From Terracidiphilus sp. (GTDB lineage Bacteria > Acidobacteriota > Terriglobia > Terriglobales > Acidobacteriaceae): 64,000 bases of DNA. Positions 8,192 to 16,493 of the stretch are shown piece by piece. Position 1 is the first letter of the stretch; every line of letters begins with the position of its first letter. The stretch lies in the NCBI GenBank assembly GCA_049521035.1, contig JBEKPF010000003.1, forward strand, positions 16,751-80,750, given 5' to 3'. The translations under genes were made by a program, and so were the position numbers. The notes beneath the pieces are model-generated. The model did not search any database. It saw nothing but the letters and a program-made list of their open reading frames with translations, and had not been told where the DNA came from.

Positions 8192-10511
8192 CCTGCAGGC
8201 CACGGCTACCGAAACTGAAGCGGTCGCCGAGCCCCAGGCACAGCCCAAAGTAAAGGCCAAGCCCAAGGCCTCGACCAAAGCCAAAACCAAGAAAGCAGTA
8301 AAACCAACCAAGGTTGAAGACCCCATCGGCGACGAGACAGACGGCGAAGCCAAAATTGCGCTTGGTATTCCGATCGGCCCAGCGTCAGATGCCGGGATCG
8401 AAGCTGCAGAAGACACGGTCTTGGCCGAAGCAGAAATCGAAGACGGTCCCTACACCGGCCAGGATCTCGATGCAGCCTCTGGTTCCGAACATGCACCAAC
8501 GCCGGGAGCAGAATACGCCGCCGAGACGGAAGAAGAAGAGTCCGAGCCAGAATTCACTCCGCGCCCTCCCGTCAAGCTTGAGCGGCTTCAGAAAATCCTC
8601 GCTCAGGCCGGCGTAGCCAGCCGCCGCAAAGCCGAGGAGATGATCGAGCATGGCCGCGTCCAGGTGAATGGCAAGGTCGTCACCGCGCTGGGCACCAAGG
8701 CTGACGCGGGCCGCGACCACATTCGTGTCGATGGAAAGCTCCTTCAAGGTGCCGAGCGTCTTCGCTATTTTGTGCTCAACAAACCCCGCGGCTTCGTGAC
8801 CACCGTCAAGGACCCCGAAGGACGCCCCACCGTCATGCAGTTTTTTGACAAAATGCGCGAGCGCCTCTATCCCGTGGGCCGCCTCGACTACATGAGCGAA
8901 GGCTTGCTCCTCGTCACCAATGACGGCGAGCTGGCAAACCGTCTCACTCGCGCTTCCGCAGCGGTCGAGAAGACCTACCTTGTCAAAGTCGCAGGCCAGC
9001 CTACGGAAGCTGAACTCGACATACTTCGTGCCGGTGTCGCCATCGAACGTGGCAAGCCCGGTTCTGACAAGGTTCGCACTTCGCCAGCCCGCATCCGCCA
9101 GGTCCGCCAGGGTGACAATCCTTGGTACGAAGTCGTTCTTATCGAAGGCCGCAATCGTGAACTGCGCAAGATGTTCGAAGAGGTCGGTCATTTCGTCGAG
9201 AAGATTCGGCGCGTAGGCTACGGTCCGCTGGTCCTTGATCAGGAGCCTGGCAACCTGCGCGAGCTGGACCCGCGCGAGCTTGAACTTTTACGCAAAGCGG
9301 CCGATGGCACTCTCCGCACGCCGAAATCCAAGGATCTCCGCCGCCGCAATCTGGCCGACGCCGAGTTGCCCACCGTAGTTCCGCGCACCACAGCTCCACG
9401 CCCATCCAGGCCATTTGCAACCAAGTCCTTTGAAGAGCGCCCGGCCGCAGGGCCCAAAGACTATCGCCCGAAGAAGTCGTTCGATCAACCGAGCGAAGGC
9501 GCCAGAGTCGGTGGTCGTCCGACTCGTCCAGGCCAGCCATCGGCGAGGGACTTCGGTCCCGCTCGCCCAGCTTGGCAAAAACCAGCTTGGAAAAAGGAGG
9601 ACCGTCCAGCTCGTCCGCCCTTCCAGCGCTCTGGCCCGCCAGGTGAATCCCGTCCGCGGGACGCACGCCCCTACAACGACAGACCCGCCACCGGACGCAC
9701 CTTCAGCCCCGAGTCGCGCGCTGGCCGCGATTACCGAGACAAGCCGGCTTCCGCCCGTCCCTTTGGAGACAGACCGGCGCTAGGCAAACCCTTCAGCCCC
9801 AAGCCAGCCTTTAACAAGCCTACTTTCAACAAACCTGCGTCCGGCAAACCCGGTCCCGGCAAGCCAGGCTGGTCGAAATCCGCTGGGAGCGACCGACCAC
9901 TCTTCAGCCGCCCGACGTCACCGCGTCGCGAGCAACCCCATTACGACGAGGATTTGGGCCCCGTCAGACCGCCGAATCTCCACATCGAGGAAATCCACGG
10001 ACCTGATCGCTCCGCTCCCAGCCGGCCCAGCGCACCTCGCCCCAGTTCCTACCACTCCGGTCCGGGTCGCGCAGGCGCTGGATATTCCGGTCAGGATCGC
10101 GCAGGTTCAGGCCGCTCCAGTTCGGCACGCCCCTTCCGCAGTGAAGGCAGCCTTGCCCGCCCCTTCACCACCAGCAGCGGCAAACCCCGAGCAGGCGGCG
10201 CACGTCCCAACAGCAAACCCGTAAGGTTCGGGAAAACTGCCGACCGTCCCTTCAGTGCTGGACCCAAACGGTCGTTTGGATCCAATCCGTCCGCACCAAC
10301 CAGCCGTTCCTTCCGTCGCGACGAAACCGAAGGCACTTCCGCACCCCCGCGCGCGACAAAGCCCGGATGGAAGCCGAAACCCAGCTTCGGCAGTCCGGCC
10401 AAACCCGGATTCAGCTCGCATTCCAAACCCAGGCAGGGCGGTTCCGGCTACAAAGGCAAACCCTCCGGCCCGAAACGCGGCGGCAAACCCAGCAGCAAGA
10501 AGCGCGGTTAG
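8154..10511 (+). CDS. rluB: 23S rRNA pseudouridine synthase, RluB/RsuA family, with long N- and C-terminal disordered tails
   Basis: S4 domain (ERLQKILAQAGVASRRKAEEMIEHGRVQVNGKVV) followed by the catalytic core (FVLNKPRGFVTTVKDPEGRPTV...YPVGRLDYMSEGLLLVTNDGELANRL). The ATG overlaps the scpB end by 38 nt. The last roughly 400 aa are R/P/G/K/S-rich. Confidence 0.85.
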   Translation: MAKKSTKTTKADDLQATATETEAVAEPQAQPKVKAKPKASTKAKTKKAVKPTKVEDPIGDETDGEAKIALGIPIGPASDAGIEAAEDTVLAEAEIEDGPYTGQDLDAASGSEHAPTPGAEYAAETEEEESEPEFTPRPPVKLERLQKILAQAGVASRRKAEEMIEHGRVQVNGKVVTALGTKADAGRDHIRVDGKLLQGAERLRYFVLNKPRGFVTTVKDPEGRPTVMQFFDKMRERLYPVGRLDYMSEGLLLVTNDGELANRLTRASAAVEKTYLVKVAGQPTEAELDILRAGVAIERGKPGSDKVRTSPARIRQVRQGDNPWYEVVLIEGRNRELRKMFEEVGHFVEKIRRVGYGPLVLDQEPGNLRELDPRELELLRKAADGTLRTPKSKDLRRRNLADAELPTVVPRTTAPRPSRPFATKSFEERPAAGPKDYRPKKSFDQPSEGARVGGRPTRPGQPSARDFGPARPAWQKPAWKKEDRPARPPFQRSGPPGESRPRDARPYNDRPATGRTFSPESRAGRDYRDKPASARPFGDRPALGKPFSPKPAFNKPTFNKPASGKPGPGKPGWSKSAGSDRPLFSRPTSPRREQPHYDEDLGPVRPPNLHIEEIHGPDRSAPSRPSAPRPSSYHSGPGRAGAGYSGQDRAGSGRSSSARPFRSEGSLARPFTTSSGKPRAGGARPNSKPVRFGKTADRPFSAGPKRSFGSNPSAPTSRSFRRDETEGTSAPPRATKPGWKPKPSFGSPAKPGFSSHSKPRQGGSGYKGKPSGPKRGGKPSSKKRG

Positions 10512-10522
10512 GACGCGACAGA

Positions 10523-10855
10523 ATGGATCTGGAAATCTCACGTGCATGGCGGCAAGCAGCCGCCGATCTCGGAATCAGAGTTGAAGCTCCGGTCGCCCTC
10601 GTCACGGAAAACGGCGAGACCGTGTGGTTTGAAGCGCATGTTTTGGACTTCGGTGGTCCTAAGGGAGCAATTGTGGCAGGTAAAGATGGCGAGTTGGGCG
10701 GCGTCCGAAAGCGTCTTGGCTATTACTACTCAAATCTGTTCCCAACGTACCGGATTTATGCCCGGCAGTACTTTATCGACACGTTGAATGACTGGGGATG
10801 GTTTGGCGAAGACAACCGAAAACCCGCGTGGGTCAATGGGAAACATCGGTCGTAA
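10523..10855 (+). CDS. hypothetical protein (110 aa)
   Basis: ATG at 10523 lies 11 nt after the rluB stop. The composition is ordinary globular (MDLEISRAWRQAAADLGIRVEAP...DTLNDWGWFGED). I recognise no family. Confidence 0.45.
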   Translation: MDLEISRAWRQAAADLGIRVEAPVALVTENGETVWFEAHVLDFGGPKGAIVAGKDGELGGVRKRLGYYYSNLFPTYRIYARQYFIDTLNDWGWFGEDNRKPAWVNGKHRS

Positions 10856-11795
10856 TTCCTCTCTAGCTGAAAGCCTCAGTTTCTGCACAACGGGCGTATT
10901 GGTAGCAATCTCATGGCATTCATATTCCCTTGCTACCCTCAAAAACAAAGTGACCAAGCTCCCCGCCACTCTCGATCCCATCCTCTGCGCACCTCTGCTT
11001 CGCAAAGTCGATGCAAAACTAATTCCTCTGCTGCGTTCTCTCACCCCGCATGAATGGAATCTCCAGACCGTCGCCCCACAATGGAAGGTCCGCGACGTGG
11101 CAGCGCACCTCCTCGATACAGCACTTCGCAAACTCTCCCTCGTTCGCGACCACCATCTCGTCGAATCCTCTGATATACCCTCGCCGGAGGACCTGGTCGC
11201 CTTGGTGAATCGCCTCAACCGAGAAGGTGTCGCCGTCTATCGTCGTCTCAGTCCAGCGATCCTGATCGAGATGACGAGCGCGGCCTGCGAGCAGAGTGCG
11301 GATTTCCACGAGTCTCTCGACCCCTTCGCTCCAGCCGCATTCAATGTGAGCTGGGCCGGTGAAGAGACGTCTCTCAACTGGTTTGACACTGCACGCGAAC
11401 TGACGGAACGCTGGCACCATCAGCAGCAGATTCGTCTTGCCTGCAACTGCTCCGGTCTCATGACTCCGGAGCTCTATCACCCCGCCCTTGACTGTTTCCT
11501 GCGTGGACTTCCACATCACTTCCGCAACGTCTATGCTCCCCCAGAAACAACCATCCTGGTTGAAATCTCAGGCGATTGTGGTGGCCAATGGTTTCTGTTC
11601 AAAGGTCCCATTGTGTGGGCTCTCGTCAGAAATCCTCCCGGCGAAGTCGCGACCCATGTCACAATACCGCAAGCGTTGGCATGGCGTCTTTTTACCAAAG
11701 GCATCGATCGCAACTCAGCCCGGGCGCAAGTTAAGATTGAAGGGGATCCACACCTGGGAGAAAAGATTATCCATCTGACGTCCATCGTCGGCTAA
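10836..11795 (+). CDS. DinB-like / maleylpyruvate-isomerase-N-terminal-domain family protein
   Basis: LTPHEWNLQTVAPQWKVRDVAAHLLDTALRKL... and TERWHHQQQI resemble the DinB-fold N-terminal metal-binding domain family. The start is uncertain (ATG 10836 overlaps the previous ORF by 20 nt). Confidence 0.55.
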   Translation: MGNIGRNSSLAESLSFCTTGVLVAISWHSYSLATLKNKVTKLPATLDPILCAPLLRKVDAKLIPLLRSLTPHEWNLQTVAPQWKVRDVAAHLLDTALRKLSLVRDHHLVESSDIPSPEDLVALVNRLNREGVAVYRRLSPAILIEMTSAACEQSADFHESLDPFAPAAFNVSWAGEETSLNWFDTARELTERWHHQQQIRLACNCSGLMTPELYHPALDCFLRGLPHHFRNVYAPPETTILVEISGDCGGQWFLFKGPIVWALVRNPPGEVATHVTIPQALAWRLFTKGIDRNSARAQVKIEGDPHLGEKIIHLTSIVG

Positions 11796-11831
11796 GACCC
11801 CAGCCGTCTTTTCGCGCACCAAGGAGGCCAA

Positions 11832-12149
11832 GTGGCAAACAGCTTTGGTACCGACATCCTCATACAAGCGCCAGATCCGGAGCAGGCGGCGTCTTTCTAC
11901 GTCGAGCAGCTCGGGTTCCAGATTACTGCCGAAGGCACGGAGATGATCAGTCTCCATGGAAAGCACATCAATCTTTTCATCGAGCGCGGCCCAGCTTTGG
12001 GTCCAGTTCTCGAAGTCACTGTCAAAGATGTTCAGGAAGCCGCGAACCACCTTGTCGAAAGCGGCTGCGAAATCGTCAAGGACGAGCCGGAGTTTCCAAG
12101 AATCTACATCAAGGATCCCTACGGCCTCATCTACAACCTGACGACCTGA
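11832..12149 (+). CDS. VOC (glyoxalase/bleomycin-resistance fold) family protein
   Basis: GTG start 5 nt after AAGGAGG. A single ~105-aa VOC module: AASFYVEQLGFQI...IYIKDPYGLIYNL. Confidence 0.7.
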   Translation: MANSFGTDILIQAPDPEQAASFYVEQLGFQITAEGTEMISLHGKHINLFIERGPALGPVLEVTVKDVQEAANHLVESGCEIVKDEPEFPRIYIKDPYGLIYNLTT

Positions 12150-12179
12150 TGCTGTTCCCGAGGAAGTGCAGCACGTCCT

Positions 12180-13016
12180 TTATTCACCCGCCTTGGCTGC
12201 CAGTGTCTCCACCACCGCAATGTTCTTGAGCAACTCCGGCGGCACATTGTGCCGTTCCATTAGGTATGCCGGACTATTGTAGGAAATCCACGTCTTTCCG
12301 CTACCGTCTTCCCAAATCAGTATCTTCAGCGGCAGATCGATGGCGATGCTGGGCGAGGCCAGCATGACGGGAGTCCCGGCCTTGGGACTGCCGAAGATCA
12401 GCAGCTTTGTAGGCGGCATTTTCATTCCGGCCTTCTCCGCTTCTCCGCTGTGGTCCACCAGAGCAAACAGCGTAACTCCCTTCGCCTCCAAAATTCCTTT
12501 GAGCCGCTCCACCGTCTGTTCCACGGTGTGATTGCTTGGTATGTCGACGATGCCGTTACCCATGTTCTGCGTCATACTGACCTCCTTGTCGCTTCCAGAC
12601 TGCGAATGAGTGGAAACTCGAATCGAAACCAGGTAGATCGCCATTGCCAATCCAACTAGGGCCAGAAAGAATGCAATCGCCACTGCCTGGTTCGCGGCAT
12701 GGCTGTGGGAAGTCTCTCCGCGATCCAATTCACGGACCAGCTTGGCATGATGCCACCCGGCAAAGACATTCACCAGGACACCCGCTGCGATCAGCAATGT
12801 TCCGAACCACAACGAAAATCCAAAGGACTGTTCTGATGAAGCTCGCTGCAGAAACTGGAGTTGTTGCAGAAACAGTCCGAAGCGTGCCACCACAAAGCCG
12901 AATCCCATCAGGGCCAGTCCCGTGCGAATCCACGCCAGTAGAGTCCGTTCCGCGGCCAGATAGTCGCTCAGTGCGCCCTTCGGTCCGGCACTATTGGATT
13001 TTTGCAAGCTGTCCAT
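12180..13016 (-). CDS. fusion protein: N-terminal DUF202 (YidH-like) membrane domain + C-terminal DUF302 domain
   Basis: The N-terminus has DYLAAERTLLAWIRTGLALMGFGFVVARF plus two more TM helices (DUF202-like). The C-terminal ~125 aa reads TVERLKGILEAKGVTLFALVDHSGEAEKAGMKMPPTKLLIFGSPKAGTPVM...PLKILIWED, which is DUF302-like. There is no stop between the two parts. ATG at 13016. Confidence 0.65.
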   Translation of the reverse strand: MDSLQKSNSAGPKGALSDYLAAERTLLAWIRTGLALMGFGFVVARFGLFLQQLQFLQRASSEQSFGFSLWFGTLLIAAGVLVNVFAGWHHAKLVRELDRGETSHSHAANQAVAIAFFLALVGLAMAIYLVSIRVSTHSQSGSDKEVSMTQNMGNGIVDIPSNHTVEQTVERLKGILEAKGVTLFALVDHSGEAEKAGMKMPPTKLLIFGSPKAGTPVMLASPSIAIDLPLKILIWEDGSGKTWISYNSPAYLMERHNVPPELLKNIAVVETLAAKAGE

Positions 13017-13102
13017 AGGTCGCGAGCCGTTCCTATTTATCGTTTCCGATGCGGAAGATTGTCTCTGGATTCGATAGAAAAGGCTGGAAGGGTGAGACGG
13101 TG

Positions 13103-13966
13103 CTAGATTTCCTTGATCTCCTCTTTGATTTCTGTCTCGGTTTTTGCCTCTGCGACAGCTTGGTCTTCCACCGCACAAGTGTCGCTCGCCACCGCAGTCT
13201 CAGGAGTTAGCAAAGCACCCGTCCCCGGCTCGTCCATCCATAAACAGGCAATCCACCACACCACCGCCGCAAGAAACACCACTTCAGTTGCATTGAACAG
13301 CTTCTCGCGCAATGCCACCACGCGTTCATACTCCGCCTGGCTGTGCGGAGCTGCCTTCAACGCGATCAACTGCCAAATCCCGTCGCGCAGCATTTGCGCA
13401 ATGGACACTGTGGAAAGCCCAATCAGGATTCCCTGCGGATGGCTACGCCAGCCAGCCTTGTACCGGCGTCCAAACAGCAGCGCCACCAAACCCAGCTCCG
13501 CTGTCATCACGTCCACCATCAGTTCGGCCTTTTGCGACGCCAGCTGCATCAATCCCAGAACCGCCATCGTCGTACCCGCTGTCAGCGTCTTCCAAGCGGG
13601 CCACGCTCCCCATACGGCCACCACGCCGGCACCTACGATCACAACCGTCAGGGTACCCACAATCCATGCCCGTCTCTGCAATCCTGCGAAGGCTCGCCTC
13701 GCCATCTCGATCAGCACCAGCACGCTAACAATGGCTGACAGATCGGCCAGCGGAATAAACACCTCATAAAATCCCAGCGGCGCGATTTTCCCGTAAAGCA
13801 GTCGGCTTGCCAGCAGCCGGAAAGTCACCAGAACAATGGTGATCGTGAACCACTTGAACCGCTTATATCGTTCCCGCCCCAGCAGCACCACCAGCAATAC
13901 CAGCAGCGCAGCAAACGTCACCGTCCATAGAACCTGGGCCGTCGTCCAATCAAAATTCAAATGCAT
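13103..13966 (-). CDS. hypothetical polytopic membrane protein with acidic C-terminal tail
   Basis: 287-aa ORF with about 7 hydrophobic segments. I recognise no family motif. Confidence 0.5.
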   Translation of the reverse strand: MHLNFDWTTAQVLWTVTFAALLVLLVVLLGRERYKRFKWFTITIVLVTFRLLASRLLYGKIAPLGFYEVFIPLADLSAIVSVLVLIEMARRAFAGLQRRAWIVGTLTVVIVGAGVVAVWGAWPAWKTLTAGTTMAVLGLMQLASQKAELMVDVMTAELGLVALLFGRRYKAGWRSHPQGILIGLSTVSIAQMLRDGIWQLIALKAAPHSQAEYERVVALREKLFNATEVVFLAAVVWWIACLWMDEPGTGALLTPETAVASDTCAVEDQAVAEAKTETEIKEEIKEI

Positions 13967-14062
13967 TTTCGCCTTGTCCGCCTGCCCGACCCGCTTCCCG
14001 ATCGCCGCACAAGCTCTTTCCAGTTTAATCGCACACGTTCGAGCTTCGGTTACGCTTTAGAT

Positions 14063-14332
14063 ATGAGCGTATTCGACGACAAGCGGGCGGAACTGGAACA
14101 ACATGAGTTCATGATGGGCATGGAACGAGGCAGGCTGGCGGTAGCGCTGGACCTGCTCACGGACTCGCTGATCATGGTGGGGCAGCATGGAGTGTATTGC
14201 GCGTCGAGCCGAAACCCAGCCAAACCAGCGCTTGATTTGCAAGCGGTGGTGGCTGGAATGGAGGGGGCCAAAGCGTTGATCCAATCGGTGATGGAGGAAC
14301 TCCGAGCTCAGCGGGAAGCCAGTCGCCCCTGA
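14063..14332 (+). CDS. hypothetical small protein (89 aa)
   Basis: ATG at 14063, with a helical, charged composition. It is divergent from the membrane protein gene. No family recognised. Confidence 0.35.
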   Translation: MSVFDDKRAELEQHEFMMGMERGRLAVALDLLTDSLIMVGQHGVYCASSRNPAKPALDLQAVVAGMEGAKALIQSVMEELRAQREASRP

Positions 14333-14390
14333 GCCTGATCCGCAGACTGAATGCGCTTCCTCAACCCAAAGTGCGATATGCTGGAAGAGC

Positions 14391-14467
14391 GCGCCCGTAG
14401 CTCAGCTGGATAGAGCGAACGCCTCCGGAGCGTTAGGTCGGGAGTTCGAATCTCTCCGGGCGCACCA
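14391..14467 (+). tRNA. tRNA-Arg (anticodon CCG), CCA encoded
   Basis: Cloverleaf read by hand: acceptor GCGCCCG/CGGGCGC, D stem GCTC/GAGC, anticodon stem AACGC/GCGTT with loop CTCCGGA (anticodon CCG), T arm GGGAG-TTCGAAT-CTCTC, then A-CCA. Confidence 0.92.
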
Positions 14468-14644
14468 TATATTTTCTATAGATTGGAACGTTGTCCCCAA
14501 AATACCCCGTCTCGCTGCTTGTCATCGATTCCATTGACGAGCAGCCCGCGGAAAACTGACATGCCGCGAGCCTCACTGGCGACTTCGTGAAGCCTTGTCC
14601 ATGTCTGCGCTCGATCGCTGATAAGGTGCAATCTGGAGGCTGTC

Positions 14645-15586
14645 ATGGAGGTACCAGAACATCGCCCGCGTTGGAAGACTCTGCTGGCCTTCGGCATCAT
14701 TTACTTCGTCTGGGGTTCCACGTTCCTTGCCATCCGCATCGGAGACCGCGAACTTCCGCCCTTGCTCTTCGCGGCCATGCGTTTCTTCGTCGCGGGGATC
14801 GTTCTATACCTCTGGATGATTGTGCAGGGCGAGCGCTCGCCCACCCTCCGCCAATGGCTGTCATCAATCTTGCAGGCTTTCCAAATCTTCGTCATCGACT
14901 ACGGCCTCCTGTTCTGGGCCGAAAAGCGCGTGCCTTCCGGTATCGCTGCGGTTATGTTGGCCACCATCCCGGTTTTCATGGCGCTCTCTGAAATCGCCAT
15001 CCTGCGCACTCAAAAGCTCACCCTGCGCCTGGTTCTCGCACTTTTGGTTGGCATTGCCGGTGTGGGAGTGCTGATGAGTCACTCTTTGAATCTGGGCGGT
15101 GCACCCATTGAGACGGCGGGTGCCGTGGCGCTCATCATTGCAGCGATCAGTTGGTCGGTCGCTTCCGCGCTCTCTCGCAAACTCCCGCTTCCTTCGTCTA
15201 AAGTCATGAGCTCCGGCTCGCAGATGCTCGCAGGGGGAATCATGCTCGGGCTCGCTGCGGCTGCCTTTGGAGAGTTCCACGACTTCAATCCGCTGACTGT
15301 CTCATCCGCCGCATGGTTCTCGCTGCTTTATCTCATCGTCGCGGGTTCCATCATCGGCTTCACCGCCTACGTCTGGCTCGTTCACCATGAGTCGCCTACA
15401 AAAGTCTCCACATACGCCTACGTGAATCCGGTCGTCGCCGTTATCCTCGGCTATTTCCTGGGCGGCGAAAACCTCGGGACTCGAACAATTCTAGGAACCC
15501 TCTTCGTCCTCATCAGCGTGGTAGTCATCACTACTACGCCCGCCAAGAAGCCCGTACAAGCAATCGAAGTCAAAGAGTCGGCGTGA
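14645..15586 (+). CDS. EamA/DMT-superfamily transporter
   Basis: Ten hydrophobic segments in two EamA-like halves, with an N-terminal LAFGIIYFVWGSTFLAIRIG motif. Confidence 0.8.
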   Translation: MEVPEHRPRWKTLLAFGIIYFVWGSTFLAIRIGDRELPPLLFAAMRFFVAGIVLYLWMIVQGERSPTLRQWLSSILQAFQIFVIDYGLLFWAEKRVPSGIAAVMLATIPVFMALSEIAILRTQKLTLRLVLALLVGIAGVGVLMSHSLNLGGAPIETAGAVALIIAAISWSVASALSRKLPLPSSKVMSSGSQMLAGGIMLGLAAAAFGEFHDFNPLTVSSAAWFSLLYLIVAGSIIGFTAYVWLVHHESPTKVSTYAYVNPVVAVILGYFLGGENLGTRTILGTLFVLISVVVITTTPAKKPVQAIEVKESA

Positions 15587-15602
15587 GCCCAGGGAACCGG
15601 CC

Positions 15603-16463
15603 TCACACGTCCAGCTTGCGCATATACTCCGCATCCAGCCGGAGCGCCTCGATCACATCCATGTCGAACTCCTCCTGCTCGACAAAGTAGTGTTTCAGCC
15701 CCGTCGCTGCCCGCAGAATCGGCTTGTAATCCACCACTCCCCGGCCCATCACCGTCGATTGGAATTGTCCATTCACCTGGCGCGCCATGTCCTTCACATG
15801 CAGCAGCGGGAACCGCTCCGGCGTCTTGCTCAGGTAGTCCACCGGGTTACGCCCCGCCGCGACGACCCACCCGCAATCCATCTCGAAGAACACCAATTTC
15901 GGGTCCGTCAGCCGCAGCAGCTCTTCGTAGAACACAACTCCGCCCTCGCTTCCGAACTCCGGCGTGTGGTTGTGATATCCAAATCGCATCCCGGCAGCAT
16001 TCACCTTTTCGCCAATCTTGTTAAGTTCGCCTGCCGTCCAACGCCAGTCGTCCAGAGTCAGCGGTCCTTTCGCCGTCGGATCACGATGCATCGCCGATGG
16101 ACAAACAATATAGTCGAGCCCCAACGCGTGTCCGTACTCGATCAGTTGATCCAGCTGCGGTTTCAGCAAATGCATCGGATGATGTGTGCTGATGCAGCGC
16201 AGCCCCGCAACGTCCATCGCTTTCCTGAACTCTGCTGGGGGTTTGTCGAAGTATCCCGCTGCTTCAACCTCCGTGTATCCGTCCGCCCTCACCTTGGCCA
16301 GTGTCCCTGCAAAATCCTTTGGCAGCAGCTCACGCACGCTGTAAAGCTGCAGCCCAATCGGAAGCTTGAGCGGCGCGCCACTCAGCCGCTCGGTACCCAC
16401 GCACGTAGCGGCCGCAACCACACCCGAAGCCTTCAAGAAACTCCTCCGCGAAGCAATGCTCAT
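15603..16463 (-). CDS. Tat-exported sugar phosphate isomerase/epimerase (xylose-isomerase-like TIM barrel)
   Basis: Twin-arginine signal SRRSFLKASGVVAAA, followed by an AP-endonuclease-2/XylA-like TIM barrel (GYTEVE...HNHTPEF...LHVKD). Confidence 0.75.
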   Translation of the reverse strand: MSIASRRSFLKASGVVAAATCVGTERLSGAPLKLPIGLQLYSVRELLPKDFAGTLAKVRADGYTEVEAAGYFDKPPAEFRKAMDVAGLRCISTHHPMHLLKPQLDQLIEYGHALGLDYIVCPSAMHRDPTAKGPLTLDDWRWTAGELNKIGEKVNAAGMRFGYHNHTPEFGSEGGVVFYEELLRLTDPKLVFFEMDCGWVVAAGRNPVDYLSKTPERFPLLHVKDMARQVNGQFQSTVMGRGVVDYKPILRAATGLKHYFVEQEEFDMDVIEALRLDAEYMRKLDV

Positions 16464-16493
16464 CGATGCACTCTCCCTGTGAAAGTCTACTGG

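Noticed and set aside
9400-10511. Repetitive DNA that might be a tandem-repeat array or CRISPR-like structure.
   Set aside because: The repeats are degenerate, in frame, and encode the RP.F/KP.F/GKP tail of RluB. There are no unit-length direct repeats with unique spacers.
13017-13178. A longer version of the DUF202-DUF302 ORF starting at 13178.
   Set aside because: It would overlap the 3' end of the upstream membrane-protein gene (stop at 13103) and adds Arg/Gly-rich sequence. The ATG at 13016 precedes the domain cleanly.
14391-14700. The tRNA-Arg gene as an integration site for a genomic island.
   Set aside because: There is no integrase, no duplicated tRNA 3' end and no compositional break that I could see. 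The flanking genes are ordinary (EamA transporter, small hypothetical protein).
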